NCBI GenBank assembly: GCA_965287045.1
Contig: OZ336871.1
Coordinates: 53,754,001-53,818,000, forward strand
Direction of reading: 5' to 3'
DNA length: 64,000 bases
Source: Carcharhinus amblyrhynchos
Lineage: Eukaryota
This document shows positions 39,491 through 51,300 of this stretch, piece by piece. Every line of letters begins with the position of its first letter. The first letter of the stretch is position 1. The position numbers and the translations under genes are program-made. Under the pieces are notes generated by a model that saw nothing but the letters and a program-made list of their open reading frames with translations, was not told where the DNA came from and did no database searches.

Positions 39491-42400
39491 AATAGCATGT
39501 TATCCGACTATTTTCAAAAATATATTGTGCAAAAGTCATACATAATCTCTTGCCGTCTTATTAATATGGAAAAGGTTGTGTAACCTTAAAAGTTAAGTAT
39601 CTTCTCAATATTACTTTGCAAGCCAATGTCCCACATGCATTGGAAGGTTGTAGGAACGCAGGTATGTATTCAACATTTTTGAAAATAAGATGTGTGATGA
39701 ATTTGGAAGTGTAATGAAACGTTGACACGGACATAATAAAGGAGACATTTGCCTTCATTTAGCATTTAGCAACTATTTCTTGAATAGTTACATTGGACTA
39801 AGATTAAGGATCATTCTACATTTTGCTCTAAAACGGGAAAGATTAAACCGTTTCATTTAAAAGAAATGATCACTCCCATTGTTTCTTCCCCCCACCCCCG
39901 CCCCCCTCCCCTGTACAGTTGCTGCTGAACGACACCAGAGAAACTGGAGCCCTGGTGAATTAATGGTCAATACACATTTGACCTCTAGATTATAGAATAA
40001 TCTGTGCGGTTTCAGTGAAGAGTATAGATACAATAAACAGGCTGCAACAGCATCGCTCAGGATGGCTGTGGAGCTTCTGTTATCAACTCCCGGATTTTTT
40101 TTGAACATCCAAGCATGTTTCTGTGTTGATTTTCTGCAATGCACCATTTCACTTTGAAAACTTCCACATTTCCTCAGACGGATTTCAGTCCAACAACTAT
40201 TCTGCGTGAACCTTTTCGAGTTGCTAGGTAATCTGATTAAAACCCCGCAGGGGATTTACCCCAGTATCATTTCCTCCCTCTGTTTTACAACTTTTTTTCT
40301 CTCTCTGTCTCTCCCTGTCCTCTCGTTAGGTCACACAACTTGTCTCCGAAGCTGTTATCCACAATTTCCTCGCATATTGTCCAGTTGCTCTATTTAGGTT
40401 TTTGGTTGCTTTCCAGCGGAACGGTGTTCTAAGTGCAACGTTAACAGGCATATTTGTCGGTGTTAAACGGACGAATGCAATCCCACTGTTTACAATAGAT
40501 ACGCAGTCTTACAAACGATGCACCTGGTACTTCGAAATTAAAGGCTTGTGGCAACAAAACGTCTTTCTGCATTTCCGCCTGGGATCCTGCCATTTTCCCC
40601 AATATTGGGAAATGTTATTTTCTTTTGATCTCTAGCGTCTCCTTTGGTATGTCACAATCCTTGTGCTAAGCAGACAGACTTTACGCCAACGGGGGTGGTT
40701 ATCAGGCCGTTATTGCACTACATTCGCCCCTTGCCCGTTAAAGAGCAATCTTGGATCTAAACCTACTAAACTGTCCACATTATCCATGTGTCCCCCACAT
40801 TTCTAAAAACGGAACTATACGCTAATATGGACATTCCACGGAGTGTTTAAGCCGAATCCTAAACTTTTTCAACATCAAAATGCATCCGGAAAGCTGAGGT
40901 ATCAAAGATTTTGCCAGACCGAACCGGCATAAAAGTGTTGAGAGTTTAAGTAAAGTTTAAATCAGTAAAATCAATAGCGTGTTGCTTTGCCCATCAGAGG
41001 AAACGAGTATATACATACATAGTAAATAGATGTGAACATGCAAATAAAAAAAACATATTTTCCAGGATTAAAGATTCCTCGCTAAAAATGGATTACCGCT
41101 CTGGACTGCTCTTTGATTGCAAGGAATAGAATAGCCATTCAAAATGGAAGGATGTGAAGAGTGGATGAAAATGCAATATAATTGAACGGGTTACCAGTAA
41201 AGTCAGAGTTGCACTCATATTTTTCTAATTCAATAATGCTAACTTCACTGCTAATTTAAGTCAAATGTTTGATCTCCGATTTCCGCCGGACATGTAAAAT
41301 TTCATTCTCCTAATATTTGAAATAGATGTCTGAGGAAATTGATTTTTTTTAGTTTTAACTTGTTCTTTACTTCACCATTTCTCGTGGCCTTAAGGCTCTT
41401 CGCACTGTTTGTCAGGGGCATTGCGACTGCACGGTCCCAGTTTCACACGTATATAAATAAAATATATATTATAACTGCATATTGATCATTTCAATTATTC
41501 GTGTGTTCCATTGTTACATTAGATAAGAATTTATCAACCAAGCGCCTACACTAATGCACAAGGTTTATTAAGAAACAACCCCAAATGTTTATTTACTTTT
41601 ATTACAGAAGACGAATGTGCAGACAGCACTGCATTACCAGCTTGGCTGGAGAAAGTACAGAAACCTAAGTAAACGGAAAACATTTTAGCATGAATTAGTA
41701 AATAATTATGGTTCGAACTTCAAATCTTACCGCATATTTTTGTAACAAAACACAATTGAATCATATAGTTGGACAGTAAACTATTTATAAACAGTGCCGT
41801 TTCAAACTATGTTTACTGGAAGAGCATTAAAAGAAAGAAAATTAATCTGGTGAATATGCAATTATCAAAAAGCATAGAATCATAGAGAGATAGATAGATA
41901 GAAAGATTACAAATAAACACCAGTTGTCTTACAGCATTATGTTTGCAGAAATTTAAATTATAATGACAGTTTCCTAAAGTTCAGAAATCTGACCCTCTTC
42001 TGTATTTCTGGATGCTGCTTTTTTTTTACTATGTATTTAGAGCAGATTGCTGTATTGTTATTTTAAATTGCTTACGAACACATGTGAACCATTAAAATTA
42101 TGTGGCGTAGTAAAAGATAATCTTAATTTGCAGTCGGGATTCCTACATTTCAATCGAGAAAATAACACAGTGCTCAGCGAGCACATATTTGAATTGCCAC
42201 TGCATAATAATCTACATCATTCCTGTCAGCATACTTTCAAATACATATATCTCGATTTCGTTACACGTCATTTGCTTTGGTTCCGAATCTATTATCTGGC
42301 TGTAAATGCTCCCGATTCCTTCTATGCAGGAAATAGAATCTTCTTAGGCTCTAGCTAAATTCGGGCTTATTTCTATACTGTGACAAGAAATATACTAATT

Positions 42401-43658
42401 TTGTATATGCAGAGCTGCATTGGAAATAAAATTGTGCACATTGCACTGAAGTTTGGTTATGTAGACTAATGAATCCGTGTATCATTGTTTTGTATCATAC
42501 ATCACGAAATTTATCGTTACCATTCACAAGATGGCAAGTGCATGAATGATCTAACTCCAATACGCCACGTTATAATAACGCGAAGGACCCACCTGTTTTC
42601 GTTTCAGAAGGTATACACTATTATGCAATTTTTAAAAAGCTGCAACGCGGTTTGGACTTTGCATGTATGAGAAAGCGTTAGCTGATTTTATATAAATAAG
42701 TCAGGAGGCACTCAACCAAGCAAAACATTCTTTGGATTTGACCGACGCTTTCATTCATGCCAAGCCCAATATGGGGCCACTTTTACAGGATGTTCCCATT
42801 GAAAGATGTGTACAGTTCAGTATGTGTGCCGTAGTTTGACTCAATGTGAAAAGATAATGTGAGCATGGTTTAACAAAAATAAACAAGCATCCTTCAAACT
42901 GACCTCTTTAGTTACATTACAACGGTGCCTAAGTTATTAACGACTTGATGAAATTTCTAGAAGTTACTATTCAGAACTTTTCATCAAACGAGTATTTCAC
43001 TACATGTCATTCATAACGCTACTTACTCCATCAATAGATTTATTTTTTTATAAATTACGCCAGTATGAAGCCTAATCAAAAATATACAGAAAAATTCATA
43101 ATGTAAAATTATGTTTCTACTTCAAGATATGCCACATTTAACATTTGACTCATACAGGTCTCCAACGGGAATTTCAGGATAACAAGAGTGCGGGCAAATA
43201 GATTTAGGTATATGATTGCACATGTATGCCTGTATATATATATGGATGGATGGATGTGTGTTCATGTACGTAGTTGTATATGTTAAATGCTGTTTTACGT
43301 GCGGATAGATATAAAATAGCTCACGACACTTCTCTTTCACATACTTAACTTCTAATCTCTATCCCTGTTGCAAACAATTGAGTGGAATGTGGAACGAAGA
43401 TGGAGATAATCAATTTAAATCGTGTTTTGTACATTGAAAATAAAACACAGGAGTATAAATGGATTTCTAAACCCCGTGTCAAGCGGAATTAATCTGTCCA
43501 CAAATGAGTTGATGGATTCAAAATAAATAAACTCCATCGACCTCAGTCCATTTTTATAAGTGTCATTTGTGGTAGGTGTTTTCAGCCTATTTACAACCTA
43601 CTGTACAAATAAATCCCAGTTTATAGCAGTTATTGCACTTTTTGGCAGCTTGGCGGCA

Positions 43659-43809
43659 CTCTTTTTGAATTCTTCTGTGGTTCAACACTGCCATCTCCTG
43701 ACCGTGAATGAAAACTGCAACTAAGAAATCGCTGTCAGAATGCACAAAAACCTTTTTTCTAACTGTCCGGAAACTGATACCTATATCTATTTTGACACTT
43801 TTTTTTCTT
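43659..43809 (-). pseudogene. Possible highly decayed Hox8-type homeobox relic
   Basis: A gapped, frameshifted translation aligns by eye to a homeodomain (see findings). Not statistically tested. Confidence 0.3.
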
Positions 43810-44129
43810 ATCACTATCAAGCTTAATTTCAAAGTGCGCCAAACCACGTTTCAAAATAACTAAAGATCTGTTACCTTTCCACTAGACGCAATAAATTAGT
43901 AAAGAGATATTTGAAGGGCCCACGTTAAGGACGAGACTAATAAAGGTCGTTATTTCCGCAGACCCTTTTGTCTAGGCAGCCAGACAAAACAAATGGATCG
44001 CCTTCTCTGGAAAAATACTGATTGTAGCTGGACAGTTGTAAACTCATTAAAACCCGAATTCCAGACGGCTTGCCAGACCCTTCATTTTATTGCAAGTCTC
44101 CCTGTTTAGCCTTTGAAGTTCCATCTGCA

Positions 44130-44143
44130 ACAACAGAGGGCGT
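44130..44143 (+). promoter_or_regulatory. Candidate CTCF site (C7|9 position)
   Basis: ACAACAGAGGGCGT is a partial match to the CTCF core. A weaker second match, GCGGCAGGGAGCTG, lies at 44644-44657. Confidence 0.4.
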
Positions 44144-45509
44144 CACAACATTATAACCTTTCAGACTGAACACTAAAAAATTAAAAATAGAAGTTCAATT
44201 TAACAACTGTTTCATAGCCTAATAATAAAAAATAATGACTGCAACCCTATGCGAGTGTTTGCTGCCAGATACTGAAGAATACTCAGTGTCGTGTTTATGC
44301 ACTTCGCCCCTTAACCTCCAGCGTTTTACACCCCATAAACGCTTACAGCAGTCATTTTCTTTTATTGCGGTACACCACTCTGGATTTTACTAACGACAGC
44401 CACTGCCAAGACTTCAAACTACATGGGCCTCTCTGCCCAGTTTCCAAATCAGTTGCATTCCACTAAATCTATCCAAACTGTCTTCGGAGCCTTAAAAAAG
44501 TTACTAGGGATCTTACAGTTGGAAAGGAAGTTGCATAAATAGCCAAGTCGTACACAACTTTTTGCGAGCGGTAGGGCGCCTTAGACTAATATACATTACT
44601 TCCTAAGGATCCGACCCCTTTGTGTTGACTAGTTAAAGAAATGGCGGCAGGGAGCTGTGCCATTGCGAATGTTTCGAATTATTTACCTCTTTATAATGCG
44701 ATGAAATCCCAAAACATTTGGAGATCTTCACACGGGCAAGAACCTCAAGATTATTCATTTCCACTTCCAGCTGAATGCTGCATTACTTGGATAAGTCGCA
44801 CATAACAAATCATATAAATAACCAACGGCCTTGGCGCATGGCCAGACCACAGATAAAAGTTGTTAATGCACAGTTTTTTTTGCACGTTCTCGGGTTAATT
44901 GGTGATAACTGGGCGTTAAGCTCAAACGCATGCAGGATCTTTGTCATCAGATCCGCTTCCCAGCCAACGTTGTACGATCGCACTTTCTATTTTCTTCCCC
45001 TTTTTTCAGAAACCCCAATCTCATTCTAATTTTAGTTACCCCTGTTAAGTCATGTCACGTCAGCTGTGGTGCTAACATTCGTTGCTGTATTTATTAAGGA
45101 AAATCCAAACTTTATTTATGAAGGAATATCTAAACTTTGAGCTGTGTTTTCAATGTCAGAACTTGGGGTAAAATCCAAAAGCGGATTTTCAGCAAAATCG
45201 GCAAAATGTTGCAAATTAGTTGGGGTTGATATTGGCGACATTCTGTTAATGTGAGCAAAGACATAGGATTATTTACATGAATATAACAAACTTTATTTCA
45301 TTAACTCTGCTGTTCGCCAGAAAGTTAATTCGTGTACAGTATTTAAAATGCGATAAGCGGAGCTTGCTTATATTGTGAATATATTTCCGCTCAGTACGAG
45401 TGAATTTAGAATATCTAACAGTGATGGTGAAATACGAATGTAATCGTGGAGTTCCAGACATTGAGATTCAGAGACAGAGAGCATATTTTATATGTAGTCA
45501 AACATATAT

Positions 45510-45515
45510 TTTATT
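45510..45515 (-). terminator. Probable distal HoxA9 polyadenylation signal
   Basis: AATAAA followed by a U-rich (TCTCTGTCTCTG) downstream tract on the minus strand. Confidence 0.5.
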
Positions 45516-45788
45516 AGACAACAAATAAAATGACATTTCATTACAAACAGTATAGTTTGGTCAATATGACACGAGGTAATCATTTCAAACGTGTACACAA
45601 GTGTAAATGTGTTAGCTCTACAGGTCTAAAGATAACTCCCATTTAAAACACATTAGTGGTATATGTTCTTTCTATTGCACCCAGATTTTTTCCTTGTACA
45701 CATTACATTTATTGACAATATTGTTTGTTTATTCCATCGCATAAATGCGTCAAAACAATTTTTAAGGGTGACAGTTACACACAAAACA

Positions 45789-46411
45789 TAGGTAGTTACT
45801 AGTTATACATATAGGTAGTTTTAAACCAAATTTTACACTTTTCTTTGCACCACAACACCGATAAATACAAAGTGTCTGAGAACTTTATTCGTGCTTTTAT
45901 TTTCCACAACAGACAAGAGTATCGTGTAGCAGCATGCTCAGCGCTGCTCTTTGAAATACAACTTATATTAGCATTCTATGCAAATCAGTTTCATATAATT
46001 TCTGAAGAACAACACAATCGTCATGCACCCCGGGCAAGGCCGTTACTCAGTCTCACAAAGGACAGCATAAAGCCTGGAGTTTCTACAGGTTCATTCACAG
46101 TGAAAATAATACAGTATATGTTCCAAGTTCACCACGAAAATAACATTTCATACGCACTACACAGCCTGTTAACTTTATATTAAACATCCTGAGTTAAATT
46201 GAGATTTTTCTTTTGTTTGTTTACACGATCTTTACTCGGACACCGCCCAAGCACAAAGGCCCAGTCACAGAGATAATCACAACAATGGACACAAGGATTC
46301 AAGTATATAGACAGCTTGGTTTGCTGCATGTAAAACAAGTAAATATTAAACTAGTACAGTATTACTGAATTACTGTCCACACTGAGTTGCGGTGGATTAA
46401 GAAAAGGTAGT
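45789..46411 (-). promoter_or_regulatory. miR-196 sites in the HoxA9 3' UTR
   Basis: 8mers at 45789-45796 and 45812-45819, and a 7mer-m8 at 46405-46411. Confidence 0.8.
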
Positions 46412-46660
46412 TTTCATGTAAAGTAAGGTAGATTTCGTAGCCACATACTTAACCTTGCCGTAAATGTCTCCCTCTTTGGTTCCCAACTAACAAGTGTATC
46501 AGTCGTTTTACCCACCAAATGCAGTCCAGAACTGGCAAAGGAATAATTTGTGCTAATGGCATGACAAAATGTACATAATAGTCTTTCTGAATAAGGGCCT
46601 ATTTCGATTGTAATTGTGAATTAGTCTTTTTTTTCTCTCAGAAATATTCTAACTCATGTG

Positions 46661-46902
46661 TCACCGGTCATCTTTAGGTCGTTCCTTGTTGATTTTTTTC
46701 ATCTTCATCCTCCTGTTCTGAAACCAGATTTTAACTTGCCGTTCGGTAAGGTTAAGGACCCTGGCGACCTCATATCTGCGGTCTCTTGTGAGGTACATAT
46801 TAAACAAGAATTCCTTTTCCAGCTCCAGGGTCTGATGTTTGGTGTAAGGGCAGCGTTTTTTTCTGGTAGACCTTGCATGCAACCAATTGGCGGATGGGTT
46901 AT
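46661..46902 (-). CDS. HOXA9: HoxA9 exon 2 (homeobox)
   Basis: Encodes [73 protein letters not shown]. Acceptor TTCCAG| at 46903-46904; the spliced ORF is 260 aa. Confidence 0.96.
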
Positions 46903-47557
46903 CTGGAATTGTGAAGGAAACACATTTAATATAATTCCCCTCTTCAAGTTAGACAAAATGTTGTAACATTCTCAGAATCAAAACACCGTTACAGATAAAA
47001 GAGGATGGATGATGCAGCACTGGATTAATGAAGTTGGTTGCTACACTTTTATGTGTGTTTCCTCTCTTACACCCAGCGTCTTGCTCAATGAACAAACTCG
47101 ATGAATAGGGCAATGAAAATGAATTAGAAAAGATCTGATATTGTGGCGATCTGTAAATCGGACATGTGCAATCCAAAGCAATATGTGGTCTGCCTGTGTT
47201 GCATATTGTGTGCATTATTTGTTTATCCACGAGTCTTATCGCCATCATATTTATTTGAAACAAATACACTTGAATTGCAGGGTGAGCAATTACACAATCT
47301 CCCCTTTTTTCCACAATGAATAGAAAGTTCAGCATATACCCGATTGATAGTCATTGCAGTGCCGGAAATGTGCAGCATAAACCTCAAACACATATCTCAA
47401 AAGTACTGTGTAATCTTTAAAAAGCGCAAAACTGAACACAGTTCTCGGCATTTGTATTTCGCTATGTAACGAAGACAATGGAATGGATATAAAACAGTTT
47501 GAATTCATAATCCTTATCTCGAAAGGTAATACAAAAACGTGGGGGTTCCACACTTAC

Positions 47558-48098
47558 TTGGATCCATGTGCAGCTTATCTGCGTTAGATTCAACCTCTCC
47601 ATTATTTTCTGAAAAGGACACCTCACTCATACGTTTGTCTCCAGGAGAAGTTCCACAAGTATATTCTGAGAGGGCTAGCGTGTGTGTTTCAAACGTGGTG
47701 CAGTCACTCCTGCGGGCAGCTACAGGCTCGGGCTTGATGCCGTAGTGTCTACTGGAAGGTAACCCGGTGAAAGACAGGGTCCCCGGCATTGGATCTAGCC
47801 AGGAACGCATGTACCTACCATCGGGTGCGGCGGCAATGGGAGCCTGATGCATGTATGGATGATAAACAGTGGGCATATTGGCAGAGCTCTGAGCATGAAC
47901 CGGGCTCCAGGAGGTGCTGAACACTGTGGCTTTGGACTGGAAGTTGCATGGGGTGAAGTCTGGGTGCTCAGCCAGGGCTGCCTGCCTGGAGGACTGAGCC
48001 AGTGGACCCGAGGCATATCTGGACGACAGCAGATCATCGTTCTCATGCATTATAAGGGAGTCGACATAATAATTGCTGATAGTCCCTGATGTCGACAT
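47558..48098 (-). CDS. HOXA9: HoxA9 exon 1
   Basis: ATG at 48098 starts MSTSGTISNYYVDS...DGRYMRSWL...YGIKPEP. Donor A|GTAAGT at 47557. Confidence 0.96.
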
Positions 48099-48345
48099 TT
48101 TCGCCAATGACACAGCAAGCGCCTCTGAAAATATGAAAGAGCAGATTTCAGTGTAACAACTTACCGCCGCGACAAGTACACTCTGCTAATATGGTGCAGA
48201 CGCACTTCCACGCCATTGGATCAGTTACTCACGTGATTCAAAAACAACAATAAAATATAAATCAATCCGCAGCTTGTAACAGGGTCAATCTTTTATAGAG
48301 ATAATTTTATATAGCAACTCCGTATGTTTTTTTATGCAAAGGGAT
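48099..48345 (-). promoter_or_regulatory. HoxA9 promoter and leader
   Basis: TGATTTAT Pbx/Hox site, CACGTG at 48230-48235, CCAAT at 48215-48219, and the leader motif AGTTGTTACA. Confidence 0.7.
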
Positions 48346-51300
48346 ATAATCACCTCTATATATGGAAGTTGATTTCTTTGTTGCCAGCTGAGATGTAAAA
48401 AGTATTCCGTTGCAGTTCTTTTTTAGGGGACTATTTTATATCATAATCAATCTTCCCATCAGATGCTCGTTTTTTTTAACGAACACCTTATAATCGTTAA
48501 CCTTCACATAAAAGATTATGGAAAGAGTGAAACTATAAACTGCAGGGGAAAAAACAACGAAGGAAGAGATTGGACAGGTATTTATTATTCATGTTTAGTA
48601 AAATTAAAAACGCATTCTTGACAAATAAAAATCGTTAACGAACTTTTAAAGCGTACCTCTGAACAGTGGCCGGGTGTACCTGCATCTGGTAGAGATTTTT
48701 TATTTTCGAAAATGGGGCGCACATAAAACACACGGTGGCAATCTCCGTTTTATAACAGTCTCAGCAATAAAACTACACGTTAGCAAACTAGAGCCATTCC
48801 AAAAAGGCCCTTTACCTCCAATAAACCATAACAAAGTGCAACTTCCGCATTCAACGCGCTATTTAAGTTGACAGATTCGCGCGGAAAAAAATGCATTTCT
48901 TAGGAGATTGGACAATTCTACCGTCTTTCTCTTCGGATTAGAGTATTTATTTTTATATCCGTCACTCGCTGGCGGATTCTGTGGCGAGTTGGTGGGAAAG
49001 CTTCCCCGCACCGACGGTATTCGGAAACTCAATCTGTTAGCTGGTTAAGATACATTCCTTTCAATAGCAAATAAAAGCAAACAGTTAGATATATAAACAG
49101 ATGTAAAACATAAGAGTCGTATTTCAATGGAGTAAGAAGACATCCTTATTACAGTGTTATCGGCCTATTAAACATTATATGTGCAACCAATTACTGTGTC
49201 CTAAAAACTTAGTAGGCCTCTTTCCCACACGCACACTGGATATAAATATGTACAGCGAATGGGTGATTTTACTTAGCTACAATAAAATTAACGGGCAGGA
49301 TGTGAGTTTAGAACGCCAACACCGTGGTTTATCACGGTACAGTTTCAAAGTAAATGCATTTCCAAAATAGTTTTATATAAAAATAGTTTTCTAAATGTTG
49401 AAACAACCCATAAATACGCTAATGATGTATTTTGTTGACATTTTTCAGTAAGCATAATTTACCAATGCTATTTTAATATGAAATGTTTCATTTGACGTAC
49501 AAGATTTAAGCTCCCGTGCGTTTGTTTATATAATTTCAGGGGTTTCACAGAACCCTTTGACAATGTTATATTGGGTAGCGTTTCCTTTTTGGGCTGCTCT
49601 TCCTGAAACATATTTAATGTTAGCAGTAATTCAGATTCCGAATGAAGATTGACAATGGTCACTTTAATCAAATGCAACTTACCCCAGTTTTTGAAACGCT
49701 TAAATCCTTAAAGGCAATCAGTAATGTGTTATCTGGCTGACGTAGATTTTTAAACGAGGCTTGGTGTTTTAATGCCTGTTTTATATTTCTTTGTTATTTT
49801 ACAACCTACATATGCAAGTACTTTGTTCATTTCTGCTTCAACCAAGCTTAATTACAAAAACCTACGGCGCATCACGACGCTAGCAACAGGCTAAAATAAA
49901 AAAAGGTCTATCTCCAAAATGATGGCGAAGTACCTGAGCTGTTGCGTGGATCAGATAACATAGAAATACCCATTAAACAAAGACAATTATCAGATCCCAC
50001 ATTAAACCAAAGTGCTGGCGTCGTCGTAAGGCGCTTGCGTTTCCACCAGCTGGCTGTATAAGCCCTCAGTCGAAAACCTGTACAGCTAGCTGAAATAAAA
50101 CTTCCCTTTCTCGAGGTTTGGGTTCTCTTTATCCCAATTTTTCTTTAGATTTCTGTGCATTCCTCTCGGGAAAGGGAAGATTCAGTCTGTCGCCTGTGAG
50201 CCAGCATTGAATTTCTGGTCAGCGGAGTATTACAGTGACACAGGCGGAGTGCTGAGGTCTAGAGCAAAATCGAGAACCATTCAAGTCCAGTGTTGAGCCT
50301 TAGAAAGAAAACCTTTCTGTTTTTCCTGTGCCGATGGCCTGGAATTAGAATTCAAATGTTGATTCTGTATTTGCAAGGCGAATCTAAGGCGCTCTGAAAT
50401 TGCACCTCGCTTTAAAGAGCGGTTCCTGTAATTGGAATTTAGCTCTATTTATGCTAAAAAAAATATATAAAAACAACCCACCATTTAAGCGCCTGAAAGA
50501 ATTCATCCACAACCTTGGACTGTATCGCGTCTTGTTGCGATACCTAAAAATTTGTAGTTTTGTACGAAATGTATGATTTTAAATGATATAGTCGAATTGG
50601 CCACAATTAGCACTGTGGATTCTGAGTCTCAATTGGATCAATTGTTTTCACCAAAAAGGATAGTTACGAATTATAGTGCGCTGTCCGGTTTAGACTTTTG
50701 TTTGGAAATTCGGCACAGGAAGCTCGCATGCTTCTTGCAAATTGCAGCTTTCGGGCCAGGCAGTGTAAGAACTAAACAGAGAGAAAAAAAAGATCCTTTA
50801 CACGCGTGAATACAATTCACCAAAGATCTCAAATGAAAATAGTATCATCATACAAAGGTTATTCGACAATCGACAAAAATACAATAATTCCTCCATTCTA
50901 ATTTGAAGACGTATGCTGGGATAGCGGAATCTCCTATTTTCACTCTGCAGCAAGGCGAATGGAATAAAGGGAGACTGCTTTTTGTGTTGTTTGGAGTCGG
51001 TCATTTTTCCTTGAGAGTTATGCTTGGAACGTCAAATGCTTTATTAATCCCTGCAACTGATACAGCAGTTAAAATTCCTTCAAAATATGGTACTCACATC
51101 CACTCCCAAAGTTTGTTTAATGCTTTCCGGAATTATCCAACCATGTGGGATATTCATTGAGTACACCTTGTAGTTAGAAAAAAACTGGACAAAATGTGTC
51201 ACAAATAAAAGTTTCAAAATATGAATAAATTGGGGTAAGATCGGATGATAAAAATTTCAAGGTAGTAACGACATTCGATATGTGATTTTTTTATCTGCAA

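Noticed and set aside
39500-45400. Intact HoxA8 gene
   Set aside because: No open homeobox, hexapeptide or MSSYF-type start is present; at most there is the degenerate relic reported above.
48125-48164. Mini-intron in the HoxA9 leader (GTAAGT...TTTTCAG)
   Set aside because: At 40 nt it is below the normal vertebrate minimum intron size.
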